Below, one piece after another: positions 37,024 through 47,490 of a stretch of 64,000 bases of DNA. Numbering within the stretch: position 1 is the first letter of the stretch; every line of letters begins with the position of its first letter. Origin of the DNA: an uncultured virus (IMG/VR IMGVR_UViG_3300025132_007876) (taxonomy: Duplodnaviria; Heunggongvirae; Uroviricota; Caudoviricetes); the IMG/VR virus record IMGVR_UViG_3300025132_007876; one strand, written 5' to 3'. Position numbers and translations under genes: made by a program. The notes under the pieces are model-generated. The model saw only the letters and a list, made by a program, of their open reading frames with translations, was not told where the DNA came from and did not search any database.

Positions 37024-37331
37024 TATATAAACCACTACCAGATGAATGTACCATTAAACAATCAGAGATTCATGGATTAGGCCTTTTTGCTACTACCAAT
37101 ATTGAAGAAAATCATGATTTTGGAATAACACATATAAAACATCCTGATTTTATGCATGGCTACATAAGAACCCCATTAGGTGGGTTTTTCAACCATAGTG
37201 TTATTCCCAATTGCAAAGTGTATGAAGACGGAAATTGTTTAAGATTGGTGTCAATTAAGAAAATCAAAGCTGGAACAGAAATAACAGCAAAATACACTTT
37301 ATACAATCCAGAGAAGAACGGAGCAAAATGA
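37014..37331 (+). CDS. SET-domain protein
   Basis: SEIHGLGLFA, FFNHSVIPNC, IKAGTEITAKY. Confidence 0.9.
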   Translation: MSMIYKPLPDECTIKQSEIHGLGLFATTNIEENHDFGITHIKHPDFMHGYIRTPLGGFFNHSVIPNCKVYEDGNCLRLVSIKKIKAGTEITAKYTLYNPEKNGAK

Positions 37332-37891
37332 AATACGAAATATTGTACGCTGATCCTCCATGGGATTATAAAGGACAGCGACAACACAATGGAAAGAAAG
37401 GAAAAGAAACCGGCGGCGCTATAAAGCATTATCCAACAATGACTCTTAAGGAGTTAAAAAAGTTAGATATTGACTCTATATGCGCCGAAAACTGTTTATT
37501 ATTTATGTGGTCTAGCAGCCCTCACTTGGATCAAGCGATTGACTTGATGAAGAGTTGGGGGTTTAGCTGGGCCACTATTGGTTTTGTTTGGGATAAACAA
37601 AGAGTTAATCCCGGCTTCTACACCATGAGTCAGTGTGAATTGTGTCTCATAGGAAAGCGAGGCAAGATACCAAAACCAAGAGGAGCAAGAAACATAAGAC
37701 AGTTGGTTAGTGAATTACGTGGAAAACATTCCGCAAAACCAGCAGAAGTTAGAAAGCGAATTGAACTCATGTTCCCAACACAGAACAAAGTTGAGTTGTT
37801 CTCAAGAGATGTCACACCCGGGTGGGATGTTTGGGGCAATGAAGTTAATAGTACTATCACAATAGGAGAAATAGATGACGACAAAGACTAA
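37328..37891 (+). CDS. MT-A70 family N6-adenine methyltransferase
   Basis: ILYADPPW, LFMW, WGF, HSAKP, ELFSR...GWDVWGNE. Confidence 0.92.
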   Translation: MKYEILYADPPWDYKGQRQHNGKKGKETGGAIKHYPTMTLKELKKLDIDSICAENCLLFMWSSSPHLDQAIDLMKSWGFSWATIGFVWDKQRVNPGFYTMSQCELCLIGKRGKIPKPRGARNIRQLVSELRGKHSAKPAEVRKRIELMFPTQNKVELFSRDVTPGWDVWGNEVNSTITIGEIDDDKD

Positions 37892-39143
37892 GATCTTAAC
37901 ACTCTCCGATCACCCACTTAGTCCAAGTGGAGTCGGAACACAAACAAAATACGTATGTGAAGCACTACTAAAGACAGGAAGATATCAAATCATCAGTCTT
38001 GGTGGTGCTATTAAGCATCAGGACTATACGCCGAAAACAGTTGAACCATATGGCGAAGACTGGAAAATCATACCAGTTGATGGCTATGGTAATCCACAAA
38101 TGATTCGATCAATTCTTAGAACTGAAAAAATTGATATGATTTGGTTCATGACAGACCCACGATTCTGGGGATGGCTTTGGTCTATTGAGAATGAAATTAG
38201 GCCTTTGGTTCCAATTGTTTATTATCATGTATGGGACAATTACCCATTACCATTTTTTAATAAAAAATATTATGATTCAACAGACCATATCGCTACTATT
38301 TCAAAAGTAACAGACGATATTGTTAGAAATGTATCACCGGATGTGCCTTGCACATATATTCCACATGCTGTTGATGGTAATGTTTTTAAACCACTAGCTG
38401 AACATGAAATCGCCAATATTCGCAAATCTTCTCTACCAGAGACAGATTGGGAGAAAACAATATTCTTTTGGAATAACCGTAACGCCAGACGTAAACAGTC
38501 TGGCACTTTAGTTTGGTGGTTTAAAGAATGGCTTGATAAAACAAATAACCATGAAAAGGCACAACTAATCATGCACACAGACCCTAAAGACCCACATGGC
38601 CAAGATATTGAACACCTTATTAGGCACCTTGGTCTGGACATCACCCGTCAAGTGTTGGTCTCTAGGGACAAGATTGCACCAGAGAATCTTGCCGGTATTT
38701 ATAATATGGCCGACTGTACAATTAATATATCCGACGCAGAAGGGTTTGGCTTGGCTACATTAGAGTCGTTATCTTGCGGAACACCAATTATTATCAATAT
38801 GACCGGCGGCCTTCAAGAACAAGTTACTGATGGTACGGAGTGGTTTGGAATTGGTCTTAAGCCAACGTCTAAGGCTATTATCGGCTCACAAGATGTTCCA
38901 TACATATATGAAGACCGAACTAACAAAGAACAATTTTTCTCGGCCCTTACAAAAATGATGGCTCTTGGCAGAGAAGGTCGAAGAACTATGGGACTAAAAG
39001 GGCGCCAACACGTCGAAAACAACTATAATTTTGACAATTTTACAAACCAGTGGGTTACACTTGTTGATAATATTGTAGCTACAAATAGTTCATGGGATAG
39101 TAGATCTGGGTATAGCGGAATTAGATTTAAGGAAGTTGCATGA
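37875..39143 (+). CDS. GT-B (GT4-like) glycosyltransferase
   Basis: SGVGTQ, NRNARRK, EGFGLATLESLSCGTP. Confidence 0.9.
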   Translation: MTTKTKILTLSDHPLSPSGVGTQTKYVCEALLKTGRYQIISLGGAIKHQDYTPKTVEPYGEDWKIIPVDGYGNPQMIRSILRTEKIDMIWFMTDPRFWGWLWSIENEIRPLVPIVYYHVWDNYPLPFFNKKYYDSTDHIATISKVTDDIVRNVSPDVPCTYIPHAVDGNVFKPLAEHEIANIRKSSLPETDWEKTIFFWNNRNARRKQSGTLVWWFKEWLDKTNNHEKAQLIMHTDPKDPHGQDIEHLIRHLGLDITRQVLVSRDKIAPENLAGIYNMADCTINISDAEGFGLATLESLSCGTPIIINMTGGLQEQVTDGTEWFGIGLKPTSKAIIGSQDVPYIYEDRTNKEQFFSALTKMMALGREGRRTMGLKGRQHVENNYNFDNFTNQWVTLVDNIVATNSSWDSRSGYSGIRFKEVA

Positions 39144-39526
39144 GCAAAAAGAAGGTGTATTCAAATCCAAAGGGCATAGTTCCCAATTCTGGTTCGTGGT
39201 ACACAGACCAGTTGGATTTTGATTACCCCCTCTCTGTTGGCCCTTTGGTTGATGCGACTGGTGTTACTTATAGTACTCCAAGTTATGGTGTTTTCGATAT
39301 TGATATGCCAATACATCCAGAGTATGCAAGAGTACTCAGTCCATCAATCAATGTTGGTGACCTTGTCGAGACCCATAGTGGGGAAGTTGGCATTGTTGTT
39401 TCCGTAGAGCAGCCAAGAGGCCATTTCTTGCATATAAAAGAAGCAAACAACAATTACTACACAGTTATGATTGCCGATACAGAAAAGAAGTATGTAGGAT
39501 ATTCTTTAAAAAAAATGAAAAAATAA
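39140..39526 (+). CDS. Protein with C-terminal VGDLV domain
   Basis: INVGDLVETHSGEVGIVV. Confidence 0.7.
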   Translation: MSKKKVYSNPKGIVPNSGSWYTDQLDFDYPLSVGPLVDATGVTYSTPSYGVFDIDMPIHPEYARVLSPSINVGDLVETHSGEVGIVVSVEQPRGHFLHIKEANNNYYTVMIADTEKKYVGYSLKKMKK

Positions 39527-39527
39527 T

Positions 39528-39556
39528 TTGACAAACAACAACTAATGTGTTATATT
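39528..39556 (+). promoter_or_regulatory. sigma70-type promoter TTGACA-N17-TATATT
   Basis: Near-consensus with TGn. Confidence 0.75.
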
Positions 39557-39572
39557 ATTGTTAGGAGAAAAA

Positions 39573-40799
39573 ATGAAAAAGAAAATATTTGTTAGAGGCC
39601 CTGTCCTCTCTCAAAGCGGCTACGGCGAACAAGCACGCTTTGCACTAAGGGCTCTAAAATCAAGAGAAGATCAATTTGATATCTACGTCCAGCCAATTCC
39701 GTGGGGAAACACTGGATGGGTTTGGCAAGAATCTGAGTTTCGTGAATGGATGGATCAAAGAATCACCGAGACACAAGTTCTTATTCAGCAAAAACAATTA
39801 CAGCCAGATATCAGCCTCCAAATTACCATCCCAAATGAATTTCAAAAAATGTGTCCAATTAATATTGGCTACACTGCTGGTATTGAAACTAATAAGGTTG
39901 CCCCTGTCTGGCTCCAAAAGGGAAATGATATGGACAAGATTCTTGTTGTTTCTAATCACGCCAAGACGACTTACGAGGAAACTGAAGCCATAGCAACCAA
40001 TCAGCAGACTGGGGAAAACTTTCCTTACAAACTGAACACACCGGTTGAAGTGGTATGGGAAACAACACCAAGAGCAGAACCTGAAGAAATCGAGGGAATG
40101 AATCTTGACTTTGATTTCAACTTCCTTATGGTCTCTCAATTTGGCCCTCGAAAAAATCTCATAAACGCAGTCCAGTGGTGGGTTGAAGAATTCATTGACC
40201 AAGAAGTAGGGCTTGTATTAAAGACCAATATTGCTAGTAACTGCCTTATGGACTGGGAAGTTCTAAATGGCCAAGTAACAAGTATGCTAAAGAAATACTC
40301 AGATCGAAAGTGTAAAGTTTATCTTCTTCATGGAGATCTTTCTGCTAACCAAATGACTGGATTATATACTAATCCAAAAATTAAAGCAATGGTTAGTATT
40401 GCTCACGGTGAAGGTTTTGGCCTTCCTCTTTTTGAAGCTGCGAGAGAAGCTCTACCTGTTATTGCTGTTGGGTGGTCTGGTCATCTAGATTTTCTTAGTC
40501 ATGATGGTAAGAACTATTTTCAAGAGGTCGATTACACCCTACAACCAGTACAACAAGAGGCAGTTTGGGATGGGGTTGTTGATAAAGCGTCAATGTGGGC
40601 TTTTGCCGACCAAGGAAGCTATAAGATGACCCTCCGTAAAACGCTCAAAAACTGGTCAAAATGCAAGGAACAAGCGATGGAGCTAGCTGCCTTCATAAAT
40701 GAGAAATTCAACGAAGAAAAACTATTTGCGGGCTTCTGTAGTAGTATAACAGAGCTTTCCCCGGAAGAAGCACTAATTGATCTGGAATCTTTGTTATGA
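39573..40799 (+). CDS. GT-B (GT4-like) glycosyltransferase
   Basis: SGYG, RKN, HGEGFGLPLFEA; start at ATG39573 (AGGAG). Confidence 0.9.
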   Translation: MKKKIFVRGPVLSQSGYGEQARFALRALKSREDQFDIYVQPIPWGNTGWVWQESEFREWMDQRITETQVLIQQKQLQPDISLQITIPNEFQKMCPINIGYTAGIETNKVAPVWLQKGNDMDKILVVSNHAKTTYEETEAIATNQQTGENFPYKLNTPVEVVWETTPRAEPEEIEGMNLDFDFNFLMVSQFGPRKNLINAVQWWVEEFIDQEVGLVLKTNIASNCLMDWEVLNGQVTSMLKKYSDRKCKVYLLHGDLSANQMTGLYTNPKIKAMVSIAHGEGFGLPLFEAAREALPVIAVGWSGHLDFLSHDGKNYFQEVDYTLQPVQQEAVWDGVVDKASMWAFADQGSYKMTLRKTLKNWSKCKEQAMELAAFINEKFNEEKLFAGFCSSITELSPEEALIDLESLL

Positions 40800-41866
40800 A
40801 AATAGCATTTGTAACAGATATGTTTTATCCTTCGATTGGGGGAACCCAAATGCTATGCAAATGCATAGCAGATTTCTTTTTTAAAAACAACAATGAGATA
40901 GAGATTTTAACCACGCTTGATTATAATAGGGATTTAAATTCTTTGCCTTATAAGGTTATGCAATTCGACAGCTTAGACTTCAGACAAAGCCATGTCTTCA
41001 AAAACAATGATTACGATCATGTATTTGTCTTGGCAGATATGTTTAGTCATTCATTAATGTCAATAAAGTTTGATCAAATCAAAAAATCAACTGTAATATT
41101 AAATTTAGATGAAAATGTTTACAATTGGATAAAAAATGAAGAAAATGGTTTTAATAAAAGTGCTGTTGCCAAATTGACAAATCAATTAAAAAGTGCTACA
41201 AATGTTGTTTCATTTTGCCAAGGAGCACCAGTTAATAAGTTTTTAGATGAAGAGGGTATAAAATATCACTTTATACCAAACTTTTCTAGAGATATAAAAA
41301 ATAGTAAATTAAATTTAAATATAAAAGAAAAATTGAATTTAAATAATAAAAAAATTATTTTTAACCATGGAAATATCGAATATAGAAAAAACCAGTTGCA
41401 ATTAATAAAGGCTTTTTTGTCTTCCGATTTACCAAATGAATACGCCCTAGTTTTATTAGGAAGTCCTAGATCTGCTCACGATATGGAGTATCTAAAACAC
41501 ATAAACAGTGTTGTATCCAAGAACAAAGATAAAGTATTTCTTCTCAAGGGCACAAACAGAATGGATATCGTTGATTGCATGCTACAGCAATCCGATGTTT
41601 TTGTCCTTCCTTCACTAGCAGAGGGATTACCATTGGTTTTACTTGAAGCAATGTCCGCAGGCCTTCCATGGATTTCTACACCATGTGGTGGCGTGCCGGG
41701 AGTTCTTGGAAACATGACATCAGGTATTATTTTCAGTAATTTTTCTATTGATGCTCCCAGCCTAGAAGCAGCAGTAAAATCAGTAGAGGGTAAAAATAGT
41801 AGAAAAGATTGGGAAGAAAACTTCACAGAGCAGGCATGTTGCAGCAAATACATGGGGCTTTTATGA
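40796..41866 (+). CDS. GT4 glycosyltransferase
   Basis: YPSIGG, RKNQ, PSLAEGLPLVLLEAMSAGLP. Confidence 0.9.
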   Translation: MKIAFVTDMFYPSIGGTQMLCKCIADFFFKNNNEIEILTTLDYNRDLNSLPYKVMQFDSLDFRQSHVFKNNDYDHVFVLADMFSHSLMSIKFDQIKKSTVILNLDENVYNWIKNEENGFNKSAVAKLTNQLKSATNVVSFCQGAPVNKFLDEEGIKYHFIPNFSRDIKNSKLNLNIKEKLNLNNKKIIFNHGNIEYRKNQLQLIKAFLSSDLPNEYALVLLGSPRSAHDMEYLKHINSVVSKNKDKVFLLKGTNRMDIVDCMLQQSDVFVLPSLAEGLPLVLLEAMSAGLPWISTPCGGVPGVLGNMTSGIIFSNFSIDAPSLEAAVKSVEGKNSRKDWEENFTEQACCSKYMGLL

Positions 41867-42816
41867 AAATAGCACTAATTGGCCCGGGATTGATGCCGAT
41901 TCCTCCAAAAAGTTGGGGTGCGGTAGAGATACTTATCTGGAATTATAGAAATTATTTAATTAAAAAAGGCCACGAAGTAATAATCTACAACACAAAAGAT
42001 CTAAGATCTGTCAAAACAGACATTGAGTCATCAGATTATGATGTTGTTCATCTACATTTTGACAATTACTTATCTTTTTTTGAGGATATGAAGTGTAAAA
42101 GTTTTTATGTTACTTCTCATTATGGAAACCTACCAGCAGAAAGTAGGTATGAGAACTTTTATTGGTCGATATTTTATAAATTTTTAAAAACCAAACACAA
42201 AATTCTCGCCCTATCGCCTGAGATTAAATCTAAGTATGAATCATACGGGTTTGATAGTTCTCGCATCTCTGTTGCTCACAATGGAGTTGAGATTGATGAT
42301 TTTGCTTTCAAAGATAAAGCAAAGATCCCAGATCGAACAATATATTTTGGTAGATTAGAAAAAAGAAAAGGGCAACATTTGTATTCCAATCATAATGGCT
42401 TTAATTTTGATTTTGTTGGCAACAAGGGCGATATTACTAATTTAAATTTGTCAAGTGACAATAGATATTTGGGTGCATGGGAAAAATCAAAAGTTTATTC
42501 CGACCTCACAAACTATCCAAATATGGCCTTAATTTCTTATGGTGAGGCCCATCCTTTGGTCTGTATGGAATCAATGTCCGCAGGGTTGGGTCTGGTTGTA
42601 TCTAACATAGCAGCAGCCAATTTAGACAGGAACAAGAGTTTTATAACAATCATACCAGACAGCAAGATAGAGGATGTAGATTATGTTAGGGAAAAGGTTA
42701 TAGAAAATAGAGAAATCTCCCTAGGAATGAGAGAAGAAATTAGACAGTATGCAAAAGATTTCTTCTCTTGGGATGTTGTTGTCGACAAATATATTAATAT
42801 TTTAAAAGGAAAATGA
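41863..42816 (+). CDS. GT4-like glycosyltransferase
   Basis: PIPPKSWGAVE, GRLEKRKGQ, EAHPLVCMESMSAGL. Confidence 0.85.
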   Translation: MKIALIGPGLMPIPPKSWGAVEILIWNYRNYLIKKGHEVIIYNTKDLRSVKTDIESSDYDVVHLHFDNYLSFFEDMKCKSFYVTSHYGNLPAESRYENFYWSIFYKFLKTKHKILALSPEIKSKYESYGFDSSRISVAHNGVEIDDFAFKDKAKIPDRTIYFGRLEKRKGQHLYSNHNGFNFDFVGNKGDITNLNLSSDNRYLGAWEKSKVYSDLTNYPNMALISYGEAHPLVCMESMSAGLGLVVSNIAAANLDRNKSFITIIPDSKIEDVDYVREKVIENREISLGMREEIRQYAKDFFSWDVVVDKYINILKGK

Positions 42817-42817
42817 A

Positions 42818-43738
42818 GTGAATAAAATTATTTATGTTTTTTGTGGCTTAGACCTCCATAAAACTACAATGGAACATTGTATTAAATCCCTGTTAAAGGT
42901 GAGAGATGATATCGATGTTGGTGTTGCAACTTACGGCAATGCCAATCTACCACCATCAATAGAGTTATCAAAGATGTGCGATGAGATGGGGATACCTTTT
43001 CACGATTGCCCAAGACAAACCTTTAGCAAAATGCCATTACAAAGAATGCTAAATAATCCTGCCTTACCAGCGGATGTTGATAGTTGCGAATTAACAGGCA
43101 TGATCCAAATATCACATCACTTTTACAAAGATCATGACTATGACATGGTAATTTTGATGCACCCAGACACCCTTACAGTCAGAAATCACAACAATACGAT
43201 AGAAAAATATTTAGGTGAGGATTATTGCTTAATTGCTCCACTGATTAATCTTGAACCAAACAGACCTGTTGAAGATTTTAAAGTTTTTGAAAAGATGACA
43301 GGGTTGGAAATATCAAAATCTAGATTTAGGGTTGCACAGGCGATTTTATCTTTTGGAAAAAACTATTGCTTAAAGTTGTTTAAGAAATACAAAACACCTG
43401 AAAATATTTGGAGCCAAGCATTTGCAGGGTTTGTGAAGTGGGGAGATTGCTCAGCAATTAATTTATATCCACAGCACGAAGAATATAAAACTGTTTTATT
43501 GCATGGAGATACACAGATAGTGAGCCAACAATCCTTTGGGGAGCATTATGGTGAAAATATCGATTATGAGTCTTTCGTTAAAAAATATAAAAAATATAAT
43601 TTTATACACATCGGACACCCAGCCCCTAGGTGGCAATGCCCTCCGAATACCCCGGGCAGATTTACAAAGGAAAAGTACATCTATTGGATGGCATCTGTTG
43701 CGTCTAGAATCAGAAATGAAGAACTTGGAGAGGAATAA
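42818..43738 (+). CDS. Hypothetical protein in glycan cluster (possible GT-A fold)
   Basis: Long ORF; ILMHPD degenerate DxD; context. Confidence 0.6.
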   Translation: MNKIIYVFCGLDLHKTTMEHCIKSLLKVRDDIDVGVATYGNANLPPSIELSKMCDEMGIPFHDCPRQTFSKMPLQRMLNNPALPADVDSCELTGMIQISHHFYKDHDYDMVILMHPDTLTVRNHNNTIEKYLGEDYCLIAPLINLEPNRPVEDFKVFEKMTGLEISKSRFRVAQAILSFGKNYCLKLFKKYKTPENIWSQAFAGFVKWGDCSAINLYPQHEEYKTVLLHGDTQIVSQQSFGEHYGENIDYESFVKKYKKYNFIHIGHPAPRWQCPPNTPGRFTKEKYIYWMASVASRIRNEELGEE

Positions 43739-44568
43739 TGAAAGTAATGATTACTACTGCTCTTTTTGATATTAAAAGAAATACTAAGGGGGATGGTAGA
43801 ACTATTAAGGAGTATCTTAATTGGTTTGAGAGTACTTTAAAAATAAAGTGCGACGTAACAGTATACACTGAAAAAAAGTTTGAGGAATTTGTATCAAAAT
43901 GCAGACAAAATAGCCCTTATAAAACAAATATCGTGATTCAGGATTTAACTCAAATACCCTTCTACAAAAACAGAGAAGTGATGGCGAATATCATGAGGAC
44001 ATCAAAGTATGTTTATAGAATGAAAGATCCTCGAAGAATAGAGTGCTACCTACCAGAATATAATCTAATCCAATACTCTAAGTTTGGCTGGCTTGAACAG
44101 ACAGCTACTACGAATCCAGATCATGATTTTTTCTTCTGGATGGATGCCGGATGTAGTAGGTTCTTTCTAGATACTGACCTTGGCAAGGAATGGCCTGATA
44201 CCACCAATCTAGACATAAACAAATTCATAATTCAAAGAAATACTCATTTTCCTGAACTATGGGAAACCTTAGATATTAATGAATATATATGGGATAATAG
44301 GTGTATTCTAGTTGGGACTCTTTTTGGAGGAGGCAAAGAAATTATATTTAAAATGAAGAACCTTATCGATGAAATATGTGATAAAGTGTTTTTTGCGAAC
44401 AATTGTATTAATAATGAACAATTGGCCATAGCAATAGCCGCAAAGACAAACACCGATATTTTTGATATTAAAAAACAGTGCCTTGCTGGGGAAAGTGAGG
44501 GTTCGTCTCACCTGCCTTTATTTAAGTCTCTATCAAAGGACTATGTGAGAAAGCAGAATGAAAAATAA
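43738..44568 (+). CDS. HtrL/YibB (WlaTC)-like glycosyltransferase
   Basis: TALFDI, Y.LIQYSK, FFWMDAG, GTLFGG, NEQ. Confidence 0.75.
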   Translation: MKVMITTALFDIKRNTKGDGRTIKEYLNWFESTLKIKCDVTVYTEKKFEEFVSKCRQNSPYKTNIVIQDLTQIPFYKNREVMANIMRTSKYVYRMKDPRRIECYLPEYNLIQYSKFGWLEQTATTNPDHDFFFWMDAGCSRFFLDTDLGKEWPDTTNLDINKFIIQRNTHFPELWETLDINEYIWDNRCILVGTLFGGGKEIIFKMKNLIDEICDKVFFANNCINNEQLAIAIAAKTNTDIFDIKKQCLAGESEGSSHLPLFKSLSKDYVRKQNEK

Positions 44569-45511
44569 AGTAATTCTCATAATAGGCGGAACAGGTGCTT
44601 TAGGAAAAACTCTCACCAAGCGTTACCATAAAAACAATAAAATAATTATATTATCCCGAGACGAGCATAAACATGTCTCGATGAAGAGAGAGTATCCAGA
44701 TCTAAAATATTGTATTGGGGATGTTAAAGACAAGTCCTCGTTATTGCAAGCATTGAATGAACATAAACCCCACGTTGTTATCAATACTGCTGCCCTGAAG
44801 CATGTTCCCATATGTGAGTTTAACCCATATGAGAGTGTAAAGACGAACATTATTGGACATAAAAACTTAATTGATAGCATATCAGTGTGCAACCACCAGA
44901 TTGAAACGCTAGTATTTATATCGACTGATAAGGCTTGCAAGCCAATTAATGTTTATGGTATGTGCAAAGCAATATCAGAGAGGTTGTATGTTGATTTTGC
45001 GAATAAACAGAAAGACATAAAAGTTGTGCTTTGTAGGTACGGAAATGTTTTGGAATCTACTGGATCTGTTATACCGTTTTTTAAAAATTTGTTAGATAAT
45101 GGAGCAAATAGTTTACCAATAACTGATAAAAGAATGACAAGGTTTTCAATAACCTTAGAGGAATCTGTTGACTTAATAGAATGGACTTATAACAACAGTG
45201 AATCTCATGGCTGTATTGTTGTGCCGAAATTACCATCAATAAGAGTGGTTGATCTAGCAAAAGAGTTATCAAAAGGATATGGATTTAATGATGTTTCTTT
45301 AGACATGGTTGGAATTCGCCCGGGTGAAAAGTTACACGAAGATATGGTTAGTTTTGAAGAATCCTTAAGGTGTATAGAATACAATAAATATTTTTTAATA
45401 ACGGACACAATCATACATGACTCATCAAAAGGTTGTTCATATTCTTCGAACAACAGCGTTTTAAGCTCTGAGGAAGTTTCATTGTTTTTAAAAGAAAAGG
45501 GAGTACTGTGA
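44558..45511 (+). CDS. UDP-GlcNAc 4,6-dehydratase (PseB/FnlA/CapD-like)
   Basis: GGTGALG, SRDE.K, AALKHVP, STDKA, YGMCK, RYGNV, GSVIP, GIRPGEKLHE. Confidence 0.9.
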   Translation: MKNKVILIIGGTGALGKTLTKRYHKNNKIIILSRDEHKHVSMKREYPDLKYCIGDVKDKSSLLQALNEHKPHVVINTAALKHVPICEFNPYESVKTNIIGHKNLIDSISVCNHQIETLVFISTDKACKPINVYGMCKAISERLYVDFANKQKDIKVVLCRYGNVLESTGSVIPFFKNLLDNGANSLPITDKRMTRFSITLEESVDLIEWTYNNSESHGCIVVPKLPSIRVVDLAKELSKGYGFNDVSLDMVGIRPGEKLHEDMVSFEESLRCIEYNKYFLITDTIIHDSSKGCSYSSNNSVLSSEEVSLFLKEKGVL

Positions 45512-46134
45512 GCTATAAAAAGTTAGTAATTGCGCCCCATATTGATGACGATGTTCTGGGCTGTGGTGGAATTATCGATTCTAACACCTTTGTTCTTTAT
45601 TGTGGCATGGATGAGTCCCATCTACTGAATAGACCAAAAAGCTCAGACAGACTTCAGGAAGCTAAAAATGTGTCAAAGTTTCTTGGCAATAAGTTCAAAA
45701 TATTAAAAAACAAAGTAAATCACTACACCCTCCAGAACCTCTTATCATCGTTCGAAGAAGCAATAAGGGACATCAGGCCTGATGAAATATACATACCCCA
45801 CCCATCATATAACCAAGACCATAGGGTAGTGTACGAAGCGGTCTTAACTGCACTAAGACCTCATGATATAAATTTTTTTGTTAAAAAGGTTCTCATTTAC
45901 GAACAGCCACATGTATTCTTCTGGGACTATACAGATAACATCAATTCTTCGTTGAAGCCAAATTGTTTTGTCTCGATTGATATTGATCGTAAATTACATG
46001 CATATAATCTAATGCCTTCTCAAATTCGCTCGTTCAGGAGCCCAGAGTCACTAAGGTCGCTAGCTTTGCTAAGAGGCAACCAAAGTAATAATCAATACGC
46101 TGAAGCATTTCAAATAATAAGATGGGTGAAGTGA
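45508..46134 (+). CDS. PIG-L family de-N-acetylase
   Basis: APHIDDDVLGCGG, NQDH, AEAF. Confidence 0.85.
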   Translation: MSYKKLVIAPHIDDDVLGCGGIIDSNTFVLYCGMDESHLLNRPKSSDRLQEAKNVSKFLGNKFKILKNKVNHYTLQNLLSSFEEAIRDIRPDEIYIPHPSYNQDHRVVYEAVLTALRPHDINFFVKKVLIYEQPHVFFWDYTDNINSSLKPNCFVSIDIDRKLHAYNLMPSQIRSFRSPESLRSLALLRGNQSNNQYAEAFQIIRWVK

Positions 46135-46775
46135 TGATATGGGTTTGTGCCTATAGAAAATGGGCAAAAAAAGTTTATTATGAAACTTCCCATAAAATAA
46201 ATTCTAGGCTAATCGAGTCTAGAATACAATTAAAGCAATTGGCCCCCTCATTTAAGGATGGCGATAAAATAATTTTTATAGGCTGGAGTTGGACTTTGCC
46301 AACTCGTTTGATAAATAAATTTGAGTGTATATGTATGCATCCGTCACCACTTCCAAAATATAGAGGAGGCAGCCCCATACAACACCAGATAATCAACGGC
46401 GAGACAACTAGTGCTGTTACATATTTTAAAATGACAAAAGATTTGGATGCCGGCCCTATAATTTTCCAAGAGCCATTTTCTTTAGCAGGAAACTTGGATA
46501 ATGTTTTAAGTCAAATTGTTGATGTTGCAATGTCAGGCCTCATATTTATAGCCAATGGAAAATACAAATACACTCCACAAGACAAAGCATACTCGACAAC
46601 ATACAAAAGAAGAAAACCAGAGCAAAGCGAGATTAAACATATCGATTTTAAACACTCCACAGCTAAAGATCTTTACAACAAAGTCAGAGCACTACAGGAC
46701 CCATACCCCAACGCTTTTGTTGTTTGTGGTGATGGGAAAAAGCTATTCTTAAAAATAACAGATTATGAAAAATAA
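46131..46775 (+). CDS. Formyltransferase (Fmt-like, probably sugar N-formyltransferase)
   Basis: HPSPLPKYRGGSP, LDAGPI, RALQDPYPNAF. Confidence 0.85.
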   Translation: MMIWVCAYRKWAKKVYYETSHKINSRLIESRIQLKQLAPSFKDGDKIIFIGWSWTLPTRLINKFECICMHPSPLPKYRGGSPIQHQIINGETTSAVTYFKMTKDLDAGPIIFQEPFSLAGNLDNVLSQIVDVAMSGLIFIANGKYKYTPQDKAYSTTYKRRKPEQSEIKHIDFKHSTAKDLYNKVRALQDPYPNAFVVCGDGKKLFLKITDYEK

Positions 46776-47490
46776 AATATTAGTATTAGGACATAATGGC
46801 ATGTTGGGGCACATGGTTGCGAAATACCTCACCGATAAGGGACTAGAAGTGCAAACAGCAACAAGTCGCTGGCCAGACTCATCCGAAGAGATCGTTGATT
46901 TTGATGGGAGCTATATTATTAATTGCATTGGGGCGATACCCCAAAAAAATAATAACTCGTATGATATAAATTGGCATTTGCCAATATGGTTAGATTTGAA
47001 TGCTCCATGTAGCGTGATTCACCCGGGCACTGACTGCGAGATGGATATTGATGAATACGGCATCTCAAAAAATGTAGCCGGCTTTTACATCAAGCATCTT
47101 TCGACTAGAACAAAATCAATCAAGTCATCAATAATAGGACCAGAAATAAAAGGAAAAAATAGCTTATTAGAATGGTTTTTGCGGCAAGATGAGCATGTGT
47201 TTGGCTATACTGGGGCCATTTGGAATGGAAACACCACTTTAGAGTGGGCCAAGCAATGTTTGATGATGATTCGAAAGTGGGATGAGTATGAAGAAGAAAC
47301 AATAATACATAGTGATCCTGTGAGCAAGTATGAATTGTTGAATATATTCAAGTCAATATTCGACAAAGACATCATTATTGAGCCCAAAAACCTTGGCAAA
47401 GATAAAAGATTATCAGGCTCCATTCGTACTAAAAACATAGCTGATCAAATGGTAGAATTAAAAGAGTATTATTATAAGGAGAAAAAATGA
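46765..47490 (+). CDS. RmlD-like NDP-4-keto-sugar reductase
   Basis: GHNGMLG, INCIG, TDC, YGISK, SIIGPE, LLEWF. Confidence 0.8.
   Translation: MKNKILVLGHNGMLGHMVAKYLTDKGLEVQTATSRWPDSSEEIVDFDGSYIINCIGAIPQKNNNSYDINWHLPIWLDLNAPCSVIHPGTDCEMDIDEYGISKNVAGFYIKHLSTRTKSIKSSIIGPEIKGKNSLLEWFLRQDEHVFGYTGAIWNGNTTLEWAKQCLMMIRKWDEYEEETIIHSDPVSKYELLNIFKSIFDKDIIIEPKNLGKDKRLSGSIRTKNIADQMVELKEYYYKEKK

Noticed and set aside
27054..37891. Eukaryotic giant-virus origin suggested by PMM, SET and MT-A70
   Set aside because: SD sites, sigma70 promoters, coupled operons, a phage sigma factor and peptidoglycan hydrolases indicate a bacteriophage
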